From the NCBI GenBank assembly GCA_964016885.1, contig OZ024741.1, forward strand, positions 398,412,001-398,476,000: a stretch of 64,000 bases of DNA, written 5' to 3'. The translations under genes and the position numbers were made by a program. Shown here in pieces: positions 26,366-38,274 of the stretch. This DNA is from Eledone cirrhosa (lineage: Eukaryota). The notes below the pieces were generated by a model. That model searched no databases. It was not told the origin of the DNA and saw only the letters and a list, made by a program, of their open reading frames with translations. The first letter of the stretch is position 1. Each line of letters begins with the position of its first letter.

Positions 26366-28475
26366 CTATCCGTCAGGGTATAACGTGGGGCTGTAATACA
26401 GGAAAGTTTTGTGCAATTTATGTTTACAAGCTGAAATTGCCTCAGATTTTTTGTTTAAGATGTGGTCTGTGGCGTAGAGTATTTCCAGGGCCTCAGCGGC
26501 GCAGAGGTCACACGGTCTTTTATTTCCATTATACGATCTAGCCCTAGCTAGGATCTCCCAGTGTAACTTATATTGGGTGTGGTTGTCTTTTAGACTCCAG
26601 ATATAAGCTGAAAGTGACGTCATATTCCTTCTTAGAGGGTAACGAAAAGAATGGGTATGCATGTAAAGACGCTGCTTGAATCTATTGGCGGTTAACCCTA
26701 TGTAGGCCCTACGGGACGTGGGTCTTACAACCTTACATTTGTAGACAATGTTACTAGAGAGGCATTTCCCGGATAGGGGGCAATCAACCCGATTCCTACA
26801 ATTACAGTTAGTACTAACTACAGGGTTGCACGTGTTCCTACGGCTAGGTAGTTTAGCTAAATTAGAAGCTGTGATGTTATGTGCAAGGTTAGGAGTCGTA
26901 GAGTAAGAAATTTTAATAGTATTTCTATTAAAAATTTTACTATATTTATGTGTAGGGGGAAAATGCTTCGTAATAAGGGAAAGAAAGATCTTAGCTAATG
27001 GTGTGGCCACCTCCATATTATATGGTGGGTTATACCAACAAATGCGACAGGATCTATTACTTCTAGGTCTATTTTTGTACTCTGTATATGCTACCTTATC
27101 AACAAATCCACTTCGAGCAAGAGCTTCATTGTAATAAGTGGAATGGTCGTTGAAAATACGCTCGTTGGTGGAAAGACGGGAAAGCCTCAACGAAACGTTT
27201 CTTACCAGGTTCTTGGTTATGCTGGCAGGATGGTTGGAATGCTTACTTATGTAATTAAGCGTATCATTCGGCTTTCTATACGGGTAATACAACCCATTCA
27301 ATAAATTGAGGGTAACGTCAAGGTAATTAACGACCGAGAGATTGGCCTCAACCTGTATAGAGAGGTTGAAGCCTTTAAAGAAGGCTGTGAGTTCTTTTCT
27401 GAACCTGTCGCAAGCACGAGGTCCGCACTTAGTCATGGTCAAAAGACCATCGTGACGATACAAACCACCGCCCACGTTGGAAAAGAAGGAAAAGGCCGAT
27501 AAGATCAGTAACCCCCGCAGAATCACTGGCGCCCATACTCACGTCGAATGGGGTACTATTGGATTTTTTAATCCAAATAGAGTTGTCGAAATTAATCACC
27601 GACTTTCGGGCATTGAGGATGACATCAACTTAGAAATCCTTAACCACTGTGCGTGTTTTAGCGAAATTGATAGCTCTAAGGAGAAGTGGTAAAGTGATGG
27701 AGGAGTAGTAATTGTTGATGTCGAATTGGATAAAACGGCAATGTTCCTTGTTACATATGCCGTTGAACCAATCAAACACCACGAAAGAATTGTTCCACAG
27801 TGCAAGAGGGGCCAAACTTCTAATTTCAGGTATAATTCTATCAAGAATCGTTTTACTAAGTCTACCTAAATCGGACTTCGTAGGGTTAATAAGCCGAATA
27901 GAGGGGTTGTTCGGAAAATTGGATTTGTGATCCTTCAGGGTAAAGTGGGGAGAAATAGGGTTCAGAGGTTCGGTCCGGTCCAGGATGTTGAGATCAGATG
28001 TGATTTTAAACCCAGCATCGTTGATTTCATTGATGACGCACCGATTAGTTTTACGGTAATCCTTAGTTACAGCATTATGTAGTAGTTGATGGTAAGTACT
28101 GCGCTCCACTTGATATAGGTTGCCAGTTTTGTCGGAATGGACGCGCACGGCATTAGAATCCTTAATAGAACAAATTCTATTCTTCAGGTCTTGCTGGAAG
28201 GAATTGCTCCTATTCCGAAATTTGATACTCCGAATGAGTTCCAAGACATCATTTTCGAAGAGTAGCAATGCTGGGTTACGCAGGGGGTTATTATAGGTTT
28301 TAAATCCAAATTTATCCTCTTTGTTGTCTGCTTTTCACGGGTTATCGAAATAAAAGGCACGCCAACGCAACCTTTTAATGAACGCGTCTGTTTTCTGTAT
28401 CAGGAGTTTTAGGTATGTTTTCCTGCTTGGTACGGGTATGTTCTTTGTAGAAATATTCAGATGTTGTTTCTGCAT
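26366..28475 (-). pseudogene. PLE reverse transcriptase + C-terminal GIY-YIG endonuclease, inactivated
   Basis: Motifs in order: MQKQHLNISTKNIPVPS..FIKRLRWRA, DKTGNLY, IRLINPTKS, FIQFDINNYYSSI, FDVSMGA, GLYRHDGL (D to H), SNHP, WYNPPY, CNC..CPLSGKC, IVY..YIGLT..R, CDLC..E, LN. Lesions: TGA 28335-28337, TAA 27630-27632, frameshift near 27480. Confidence 0.93.
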
Positions 28476-28620
28476 GATGAATATAAGTCAGTAGAGTGCT
28501 CAACCGAGGGAGCCAAATAGTTATAATAATAAATTTCAAGACTAAAATCCAAAGAGGGCTCGATAAGGATAAATATATATCAAATATATAAGAACCGTAG
28601 AGCAAATATTTATTAAGATA

Positions 28621-28696
28621 ACAGATTATAGTTTAAGCAAAGAATCGCTGCTTTCACCCTTAACGGGATCTTCTGAAACTAACAAAGTCAATCTGT
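28621..28696 (-). ncRNA. Variant type I hammerhead in the 5' pseudo-LTR
   Basis: Same sequence as 25372-25447. Confidence 0.62.
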
Positions 28697-29582
28697 AAAC
28701 GCAGAAGTGGATATTTCAAAAAACGTTGCAACCGGAGGAAGACAGGAATACGATACTTTGGTTCGTGGAAACGTTCGCTGGCAAAGAACGGGAAAAAACG
28801 AATATAATACGTCATTAATAGGAGCGGTGAAAAACAATTACGCGCAAAGACAGAACCACGTTTATGGTATAAAAGAGGTCGTAGACTAATGTTCTCTTAG
28901 GTGGTTCATAGAGACGTTCTCTGGCAATGAACGAAAAAAACGAAGATAATACGTCATATATGGAGCGTGGAGAACAATAGCACGCAAAGACAAAACCACG
29001 TAAATGGTATAGCAGAAGTCGTAGACTAAAATTCTAACTAGGAGACCGAATGAATCTCCGCTACAGAGTTAAGAACAAAGTAAATAAATACAATACAGAA
29101 GTAATAGAAATAAATAAATACATACACGCAAACAGATACGTACATACACAAGCATACGCAAAACAATTACCATAGGTATACAAAACCACGCACATATAAA
29201 TATGTGTGTATGCGTGTATACAAATAAATAAATAATTATATAAACGTATATGAATAAATAAATGCGTATATAACAAGCGCACACACATACCTACATGTAA
29301 ATACACGAATGTTCGGAGACTTAAGTCAACCAAAACATGAAGTACACATATACACACACCCTACATACGTACGAACCTGCATACTCACACAGACGCAAAA
29401 CTCCCGTATACACATAGCCAAACCATATGTACCAGAATAAAAAAAGAAAAAATTATCCTATTAATGACATATTATATTTGTTTTTTCCCGTTCTTTGCCA
29501 GGGAACGTTTCCACGAACCAAAGTATCGACTTCCTGTCTTCCTCCGGTTGCAACGTTTTTTGAAATATTCACTTCTGCGTTT

Positions 29583-29658
29583 ACAGATTGACTTTGTTAG
29601 TTTCAGAAGATCCCGTTAAGGGTGAAAGCAGCGATTCTTTGCTTAAACTTTAATCTGT
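29583..29658 (+). ncRNA. Variant hammerhead in the inverted pLTR segment
   Basis: agttt cagaaga tcccgttaagggt gaaa gcagcgattctttgc tt aaact on the + strand. Confidence 0.6.
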
Positions 29659-29678
29659 TATTTTAATATATATATATA

Positions 29679-29960
29679 TCATCATCATCATCATTTTACG
29701 TCCGCTTTTCCATGCTTGCAAGGGTGGGACGGGAACTGATTCTGGCTTGATTTCTACAGCTGGAAGCCCTTCCTAACACCAACCTCATTTTACAGTGGAA
29801 TGATAGGGACCCCAGTCCCTATCATCTCATTTCTACAGCTGAGTAAACTGGAGCAATGTGAAATAAAGTGTCTTGCTCAAGGAAACAACACATCACCCGG
29901 TCTGAGACTTACAACCTTTCGATTGCAAGGCCAATGCTCTAACCACTAAGCCATGTGCCT
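29679..29960 (-). mobile_element. SINE family A
   Basis: Reverse complement of 2395-2730 with internal deletions. Confidence 0.88.
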
Positions 29961-29987
29961 ATATATATATATTTTTTTTTTTTTTTG

Positions 29988-30057
<70 letters not shown>

Positions 30058-30060
<3 letters not shown>

Positions 30061-31417
30061 CCTGGCTAAGACTAAAGTCCTAGTTTGTAGGAAAGAAAAT
30101 AAGGCGGCGGTCCCTTCCGGGAAATGGCCATGCTCAGTGTGTAGGAAAGGCGTAGGTAGAAACTCCATTTTATGTCCCAAATGCAAAGTATGGGTGCATA
30201 AAAGATGTAGTGGGATCACAGTTAAGCTAACTAAGAACATAGATTTTACATGTGGTCGGTGCTCTGGTGCAATAAGTAGCAGCAAGTGCCCACAAAATAC
30301 TAGCTCTTTCAATTGCGCAGAGGGTTCTATAGAAATAGTGGACAGCTTCCGTTACCTGGGTGTTAAAATCAGCAGTGGGGGAGGGTGCTCTGAAAGTACA
30401 GTAGCTAGAGTCGGAACTGGATGGAAAAAGTTCAGAGAGCTTATACCACTATTAGCCGCTAGAGGGTTCTCCCTAAAAATGAAAGGCAGGTTATACGATG
30501 CCTGCATACGAACAGCAATGCTGCATGGCAGTGAGACCTGGGCATTGTGTGCAGAGGATATACGCAGACTAGAGAGGAACGAAGCTTGCATGCTCCGCTG
30601 GATGTGCAATAGTAATATACGTGAACGGCTAAGCATAAACGAACTAAGGAAAAAATTAGAAATAAGAGGGATCAGATGTTGTTTATTCGAGAGAAGGCTA
30701 CGTTGGTACGGTCACGTGATGTGCATGAAAGACGACAGCTGTATAACAAAGTGCAGGGCAATAAAGATAGATGGTAGCCACGGAGTAGGCAGACCCAGGA
30801 AAACCTGGGACAACCTGATAAATTCCGACCTCACACGCTTACACCTCTCCAAGACAATGTCACTGGACCGAGACCTTTGGCGGTACTCAGTAATAGAGAA
30901 GACCCGCCTTACCTAAATACAAAGTAAAAACCTACTACAGTCAGTAGGCATCTCTATCAAAACACCCCCACCCACCCCACCCTATCCACACCGCCCCTTT
31001 CAATGTAAAGTTATGTTGGTACCACAACATCCAGGCCGAAACAAATGAGATCGTGTAGGTGTCACGACAAAAAAAACACACAGTCCACGCTGTAAATGTG
31101 GCCGTGTAAGGCAACACGGTAAAAACCTCCCAGCCCCACACTGTAAATATGGTTGCTGTTAGGAAGGGCATCCAGCTGTAGAAAACCCGCCAGACAGTCC
31201 ACGCTGTAATGTGGCCGTGTAGGCAACACGGTAAAAACCTCCCAGCCCCACACTGTAAATGTGGTTGGTGTTAGGAAGGGCATCCAGCTGTAGAAAACCC
31301 GCCAGACAGTCCTATGCGAGCAAGACAACCACTCTTGCATCAAGTGGGAAAACCCCCGTCCAAACCCATGCAAGCGTGGAACACGGACGCTAAACCTGAT
31401 GATGATGATGATGATGA
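30058..31417 (+). mobile_element. 5'-truncated RTE-clade LINE (PHD-like finger, RT C-terminus, 3' UTR)
   Basis: NLAKTKVL, C4HC3 finger, FRYLG, MLHGSETW, RRLRWYGHV and GRPRKTW, stop at 30916, (GAT)n tail. Confidence 0.92.
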
Positions 31418-31437
31418 TATATATATATATATATATA

Positions 31438-31778
31438 TGACAAAAAAAACACACAGTCCACGCTGTAAATGTGGCCGTGTAAGGCAACACGGTAAAAACC
31501 TCCCAGCCCCACACTGTAAATATGGTTGCTGTTAGGAAGGGCATCCAGCTGTAGAAAACCCGCCAGACAGTCCATGCTGTAATGTGGCCGTGTAAGTAAC
31601 ACAGTAAAAACCTCCCAGTCCACACTGTAAACGTGGTTGGTGTTAGGAAGGGAATCCAGCCGTAGAAAACCCGCCAGACAGTCCTATACGAGCAAGTCAA
31701 CCAATCTTGCCTCAAGTGGGAAAATTCCTGTCTAAACCCATGCTAGCGTGGAAGATGGACGTTAAATGATGATGATGA

Positions 31779-31782
<4 letters not shown>
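31438..31782 (+). mobile_element. RTE 3' UTR fragment
   Basis: Second copy of the tail, ending in (GAT)n. Confidence 0.8.
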
Positions 31783-31840
<58 letters not shown>

Positions 31841-32548
31841 TTATATCCGTAGTAGTAGTAGAGCACTCAGTCCAAGGGGTGAGTTTGGTAGAAGTAGTTC
31901 CACAACAGTTAATTCTGCATTTCTGAGAACAATTGTTTCGTCTTACCCAGATCGTCAGTTCAGTTGTGGAACGACTTAGATATATATATATATACACACA
32001 TATATATATATAGTAATAAGAAGTAGAGATGAAGTGTCAAATTATTAAGTTTATTCAGGTGTGACTTTGTGATTGATCAGCTCAAGATTCGATCTGTTTT
32101 GGTCAGGCGTGACTCTGGAATCAAAAGCTCATCAGACTTCTATTTGCTTTATGATATATATAAAATTATGTAAATTCTATCTTACTGGCTTCTACTTGAT
32201 TGCTTTATATAGATATATATTTACACACACAAACACATAGGTTTATGCATTTGTTTCGAAAGATTCTTGATGTTAAATCATGTTGAAACAGATATTACTT
32301 CATTTAGGGAGGGTCTTGTTGCTAATTTTTCTAATAAAAACACGGGCACTATTTAACTTTTACTTCAGCTTTATTATTATCAGTTATTGGTTATTTTGTC
32401 AAAGTTCTTTTGTCACACATTCTGTAACCTCCTCAGTGACAATTAGTTCTATATATATATATGTGTGTGTGCGTGTATACATGTGGATTCCCATGTAAAT
32501 GGCTGGGTATTTCATAGACACATGTATCCTTAACACTAGCATTTACAT

Positions 32549-32827
32549 CAGGGGTTCTCAACCTTCTTTTTGCTGTGGACCACCTAAACTTTTAAATCTT
32601 TTGTAATAGAACTGCTAGAGACATTCTAACCACGTGCCCATAGTATCAAAGCTGTGATCTCGAAATTTTCAAATATAATGGACATGTGTGTAATTAAACA
32701 AAATATTATATTAGTTACATTTTTGTGAAATGGCTACAATTTTTTTATGGCTACGAATTCTCTGTGGACCACTAGAAATGCTATGTGGACCACCAGTGGT
32801 CCACCTGGACCACGTTGAGAATCACTG
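32549..32827. mobile_element. hAT-type MITE
   Basis: TIRs CAGGGGTTCTCAAC / GTTGAGAATCACTG with a perfect 8-bp TSD ATTTACAT (32541-32548, 32828-32835). Nested in a decayed piggyBac-type MITE. Confidence 0.9.
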
Positions 32828-33112
32828 ATTTACATTACCCTATATTTACTACTATATTTCTGCAGTAAAGGCTTTATCTCACATAATATTGAAGCTACGA
32901 GATTTTGATGCTATTTATTTTGAGAACAATACTTTAATGTCAGTATGAGTGGCTGGTTATGGCTGGTTTGAACTGGGGGCCCCACCAGTGATGGCCGTAG
33001 CAATTTATTTGTACCCTCAGCTGGGCTTTTTAGTTTTAGGATGGTTAGAATATTTTAATGTAATACCTGTATATATAACTTTTCAATTCCAATTACTTGC
33101 ACCAAGCTAACT

Positions 33113-33679
33113 TTATATACTACTGATTTAGCAGCAACTAATGGTCCAGTACCTCTTTTGAACTGGACTAAGCTATAAATGGACACTTAAATCTCCTACA
33201 ACCTGCCAGACAAGTAACACAAAGATATAAATGTTCCACAAACTAATTATGTAAAATTGGGAGTTTGCTGTGTATTCTATTTTTGTGTATGAGGGGCCCC
33301 TCATCCCAAACCTGAAGTGTTCTGGCCCCCCCAAAGTCTAAATCCAATCCTGCTCACTGGACCCCTTTCCAATACTTTCACTTGAAATGAAACTAAGAAG
33401 GGTTATACATTTATCTATTTCTCCCTTATTCTGAGAGACTGTATCCTCTGTAGTTAAGGTAATTTGTCTGTTAACATACTCTTTCTTGGCAGGTATGTTT
33501 CATTAAGAAATGGTTGTTAGGAGGAGGTTAACGAGTGCTGACAGATTAGTTTGTGGAACATTTATATCTTTGTGTTACTTGTCTGGCAGGTTGTAGGAGA
33601 TTTAAGTGTCCATTTATAGCTTAGTCCAGTTCAAAAGAGGTACTGGACCATTAGTTGCTGCTAAATCAGTAGTATATAA
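33113..33679. repeat. 135-bp inverted repeat with ~300-bp spacer
   Basis: 33113-33247 is the reverse complement of 33545-33679. Confidence 0.92.
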
Positions 33680-33716
33680 CATAATGTATGTGTGTATATA
33701 TGTATATGTGTGTGTG

Positions 33717-33767
<51 letters not shown>

Positions 33768-34028
33768 ATGTATAACATATATATAATCATCATCATCATC
33801 GTTTAACGTCCATCTTCCACACTAGCATGGAATATATATACATATAAAATGTGTTGATGTTAAATCATGATGGTGATACATACATACATACATACATACA
33901 TACACACATTGTCATAAAAAACAACAGAAGGCCGAACTGGAAAGTTTCTTTAAAATTTTAATCCCACAAAAACATTATACATATTTCAATGGCCCTGTTT
34001 CATCACCCAATGATGATGCAAGACTTAA

Positions 34029-34249
34029 CCCTTTAGCATTCAAACCGGCTGTATCCGGCCAGAAATGTCTCACCTCTTTCTGTTCAAACTAGTTGAAACT
34101 GGCCGCTTATACTGATGTAAAGGTATTGTTCTCAAAATAAATAATATCAAAATCTCATAGATTCGATATTATGTGAGATAATTATGTAAGATAAAGTGTT
34201 TACTACAAAAATACAATAGTATACATAGAGTAATGTGAATGCTAAAGGG
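34029..34249 (+). mobile_element. piggyBac-type MITE
   Basis: TTAA|CCCTTTAGCATTCA ... TGAATGCTAAAGGG|TTAA. Confidence 0.9.
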
Positions 34250-35606
34250 TTAAGGGATTTCAGTATCAGCAATGAAAAGACTAAGGGAAACATTGTTTAT
34301 TTTTGGTTTGATCTGCTAAGAAAGAGGAAGGTTTTAGTAAAGAAAATATATAATGGATTCTTATAAAATCTGCAAATCCTTTCACAAAAGGTGGGTGTAA
34401 TGTTTATCAATATAAAAACATCATATCCTAATGTATAAGATACCCAACAAAAAGCAAGTTTGTTTCCACATGTACACTCTTCTTTGCCCACTTATTCCTG
34501 TGAGGGTCATGTGGAGAATTCTTTCCAGGGGCTCCTGTCAGAAGCAACAGTCTCCAGTTGATCTGGCTGGATCTCCAAGCAAGACCAGCCAACCTCATGG
34601 ATGTTATCCAACCATCTTGCTCAGAGTCTATTCCTGGATCTCCTGTTGGTTGATTTTTGCCTGTAAAATCTGTCCAGCACTTCTTTCCTGAGACATTCTA
34701 ATCACGTCTGTAATATTGGTGTTGGGATCTGTCAATCAATTTGGAGAAGTAGTAGCTCTACAATATATATTATCTTGAAGACATCAATATTGTATAGTTA
34801 GCTGTCATATTTCTTGTAGTTGCTACAGGTAGGCCTGTTCGTGTAAACAGTCTTAGCAAGTTCAAAACAAAGAGTGACTGATTATATGAAATTTCATCTA
34901 TGAGGAAACTTGTGCAATACTCATGTAAAGTTTGGAACTCTCTTCCATCTCATGGTTTTCTTCCTTCATATGACCTGAACTCTTTCAAGTATAAAGTAAA
35001 TTCATTCCTTTTGTCATAATTTCTCCCTTACACAAATTGTTTGGGATTTTCAAGAAAGAAAAAAAATGTGTTTGACAAATTAAAGTCATGTGAACAATTA
35101 ATATAATTTAAAATCTATTGACTACTGCTGTTATTTAATTGTAAGGTGCATTGAAGTGTAACAATAATTTAAAGTGAAGCTCTGTTGTTATTTACAGTAA
35201 GAGCTGCTACCTATTAGAAAGATATAACTATCCAACTTTCCATTTCACATCTCCTAAAGATCAGATCATCATTGATCTATCTATCATCAAATTAAACCTA
35301 TGTCAACTGATCTCTTTATAATCAGGCATTTGGATTAAATAAAAGGAATTTTAAAAATATATTATTCTAATTTTCATTTTTTTTTAAATTAAATTTAAAT
35401 ATTCAGATTTTCCCATTCTTACATTCCATTAGAAATCTCCTTCAATTGTTTCTCACACATTCCTGGTAGCTTATAGAGTAAGTTATCTTTATTTCTCCCC
35501 TCACACACCACCACCACCACCACCAACAACAACAACTACTGTCCCCTAAAATTAATATATTTTAACCTTACTTTAAAGAAGAAAAAAACAAATTTTTTTT
35601 TTGCAG

Positions 35607-35807
35607 AGCGGTCTTCCCCACAAATGTTTACTTCCCCCCAGACAAGCAATGCCCCTGCCCAGAAGGATGAGGATTTGGCTATTGAAAACCCACCTCATGA
35701 TAATGAATTCATCAGTGATTCCTTTGCCAACAGCACGATTGATGATGAAGACTTGCGCAAGGAAATGCAACAGCTTTCTGTCAAAACTAATGAAATCAAC
35801 AATGCAG
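35607..35807 (+). CDS. Candidate internal exon of an unidentified host gene (201 nt, phase 1-1)
   Basis: Poly-T + GCAG acceptor and GCAG|GTAAAC donor. Open frame RSSPQMFTSPQ...DDEDLRKEMQQLSVKTNEINNA. Confidence 0.7.
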
Positions 35808-36168
35808 GTAAACCATTTGGCGTTTTCTGTCATACCGTATACTTGTGGCAGCCTATAGATTCTACTGCACTAATTTCCTGGACAGTCAGCCATTTCCTAT
35901 TATTTTCTAACTTCCTTTAAACCTCTTCTTCACTCTTAGCCAATACTTTTTAATCTACCTCTGTATTTAATGATTTTTAAAGCCAAGCTATTTACAGGCT
36001 GTCAGCCTTTCACTTCTTATTCACTTCCTCTGCAAACACAAAATGGTGGCTACTAGAATGCAATTTTTTTCCAATATCCAGACAATTCCATCTAATACAT
36101 AGTTTCAGAAGCATGACTGATGTTATGTTTCAATACCTTCTGGTATTATTTCAGGCAGAGCTGTTTAA

Positions 36169-36564
36169 CCCTTTCATGACTGCATTTCCAACACTCTGTT
36201 TCAATTAATTATTGAAGAATTTTGAGGGATTTACTAAAATTTAAATTATTTCATTACTAAAATAGTAACTTAATGTAAGGTTCTTATATAAAATTATGTT
36301 GGAAGATTTTAATTTAAATAGGAATACTTTAACCCTTTCATGACCACATATCTAATAAAATACACTCTATTTTGATTAATTAATGAAGAATTTTGAGGGG
36401 TTTACTAAAATTATTAATTATTTCATTACTAAGATAGTAACTTAATATAAGGTTCTTATATAAGATTATGTTGGAAGATTTAAAATTAAATTGGAAACTT
36501 TTAAAATAGGTGGTTTTATTTCATAGAACCAGAGCTGGTATTGGCCAGGTTAGTAGCTAAAGGG
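36169..36564. mobile_element. piggyBac-type MITE (second subfamily) preceded by a partial tandem copy
   Basis: TTAA|CCCTTTCATGAC at 36169 and 36333, ending AAAGGG|TTAA at 36564. Confidence 0.75.
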
Positions 36565-36812
36565 TTAATGCAGCATATAATTGAAATAGAAAATTTTGCT
36601 GTAACATTTTTGACTAAATGAAATAAAAAGGGAGGCATATAAACTCAATTTTTTCAGTGAGTTTATACATCATGTTATTATCAGACTAGTTTTGAGGTGG
36701 ATTGGCAGTATCAGTAGAGCATTGGACAACATGCTTTGTGGCTTATAGTTATGTACCTTTACATTCTGAGTTCAAATCTCACCAAGGTTAACTTATATAT
36801 CATTATAATAAA

Positions 36813-36915
36813 GCAAAGTCTTCATGTGACACTCCAGGAAGTGGCAGCAAAGTCATCATGTGACACTCCAGGAAGTGGCAGCAAAGTCATCATGTGACAC
36901 TCCAGGAAGTGGCAA
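36813..36915. repeat. 34-bp tandem repeat x3
   Basis: GCAAAGTCATCATGTGACACTCCAGGAAGTGGCA at 36813, 36847 and 36881. Confidence 0.9.
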
Positions 36916-36977
36916 TGCTATGAAAAGAGAAAGAAAGACAGAGTTATTTACATAGTTTTCTTCCATAAAAAATAGAT

Positions 36978-37260
36978 TCTACTACTCCCACTACTACTAC
37001 TACTACTACCACAGATGTGGCTACTACTTCTGCTACTACTACTACTACTCCCACCACTATTACTACTACTGCTGCTGCTGCTGCTACCACAGCTGTTGTG
37101 GCTACTACTTCTGCTGCTGCTACTGCTACTAATGCTACTATTACTACTACTGTTACTACTACTGTTACTACTGCTACTACTACTACTACTACTGTTACAG
37201 CTGCTGTGGCTACTACTACTACTGCTACAGCTGCTGTGGCTACTACTACTACTGCTACTA
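36978..37260. repeat. (CTA)n/(CTG)n trinucleotide microsatellite
   Basis: Compound ACT/GCT tract that explains the homopolymeric ORFs. Confidence 0.93.
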
Positions 37261-37552
37261 AGAAAAAATAAGGCAAATTGAAGTTTACGAAGGTGAAGGA
37301 AACCTTTGAGATTCAACTGCCTTCACATGGAATGTTATGATTAAGGAATTATTAAATATGTTTTTACTGTACACTCTGTCATTTTAAACAACTATTATGC
37401 TAGTGTGTATATATATATATATATATATATAACGTTGAAAGAGATTGAAGGCCAAACAATGCAAAATGGACTGTAAGATGAGGTAATGAAAAGAAAAAGT
37501 TACCTGGTAATTTTTGTTTTGTGTTGTTGAAGGGTTATATATATATAAAAAC

Positions 37553-37913
37553 ATAGAGCAAATATTTATTATTAGTACAGATTAAAATTTAACCCTTTAG
37601 CATTCGAACCGGCCAGAATTCTCTCATCTCTTTCTGTTCAAACTGGCTGTAACCAGCACCTCATACTCATGTTAAGGTATTTTTATCGAAATATATAATA
37701 TCAAAATATCATAGATTCAATATTATGTGAAATAATTATGTGAGGTAAAGCCGTTACTGCGAAAATACAATAGTATATATAGGGTAATGCAAATGCTAAA
37801 GGGTTAAGCAAAGAATTGCTGCTTTCACTCGGAGTGAAACTGAGACTTTTAGAAGATCCCATAAAAGAGTGAAAGCAGCGATTCTTTGCTTAAACTTTAA
37901 TCTGTACTAATAA
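37553..37913. mobile_element. Foldback remnant related to the PLE pLTR end, interrupted by a MITE
   Basis: tagagcaaatatttatt..acagatt..ttaagcaaagaattgctgctttcac matches 25350-25408, followed by its inverted copy (37846-37913). Confidence 0.75.
37593..37803 (+). mobile_element. piggyBac-type MITE
   Basis: TTAA TSDs and CCCTTTAGCATT TIRs. Confidence 0.9.
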
Positions 37914-38110
37914 TATATCATTATCATCATTATTTAACGTCTATCTTTCACACTAGCATGGGTTAGACAGGTTTGTTCCATTTAGAGGCAAGTTAGGTTG
38001 GGTGATCGTGTCTCGCTCATATAGGACAGAAGGAGAGAAAGTAAAATTAAAGTCAGTGTTGCAGCAAATGTACAAACTTTATTATGACTAAGTGTTGTTA
38101 CTATAATAAT

Positions 38111-38258
38111 TGTTTCTACTCTTGGCACAAGGCCAGCAATTACTCAGTACATTACTGGTACTTTATTTTATCGACCCCGTAAGGATGAAAGGCAAAATTA
38201 ACTTCGGCGGGATTTGAACTCAGATCGTAAAGGGACGTAACTATACTGCCAATTCACC
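38111..38258 (-). mobile_element. tRNA-derived SINE (family B)
   Basis: B box GAGTTCAAATCC on the minus strand, flanked by an 18-bp direct repeat TGTTGTTACTATAATAAT. Relatives at ~42990-43140 and 52790-52975. Confidence 0.75.
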
Positions 38259-38274
38259 TGTTGTTACTATAATA

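Larger units (their letters stand above)
25268..29667 (-). mobile_element. Penelope-like retroelement, Naiad-type, with direct pseudo-LTRs and an inverted 5' segment
   Basis: Direct repeats ~25268-26204 and ~28517-29456 flank an RT+GIY-YIG ORF. 29457-29667 is an inverted partial pLTR. Both ends abut (TA)n. Confidence 0.92.

Noticed and set aside
34850-35020. WNSLP..YDLNSFK LINE C-terminal remnant
   Set aside because: Too short and decayed to delimit or classify confidently.
36944-37316. Poly-Thr/Leu/Ser/Val ORFs (mucin-like)
   Set aside because: A trinucleotide microsatellite that is open in several frames, with no splice or homology support.
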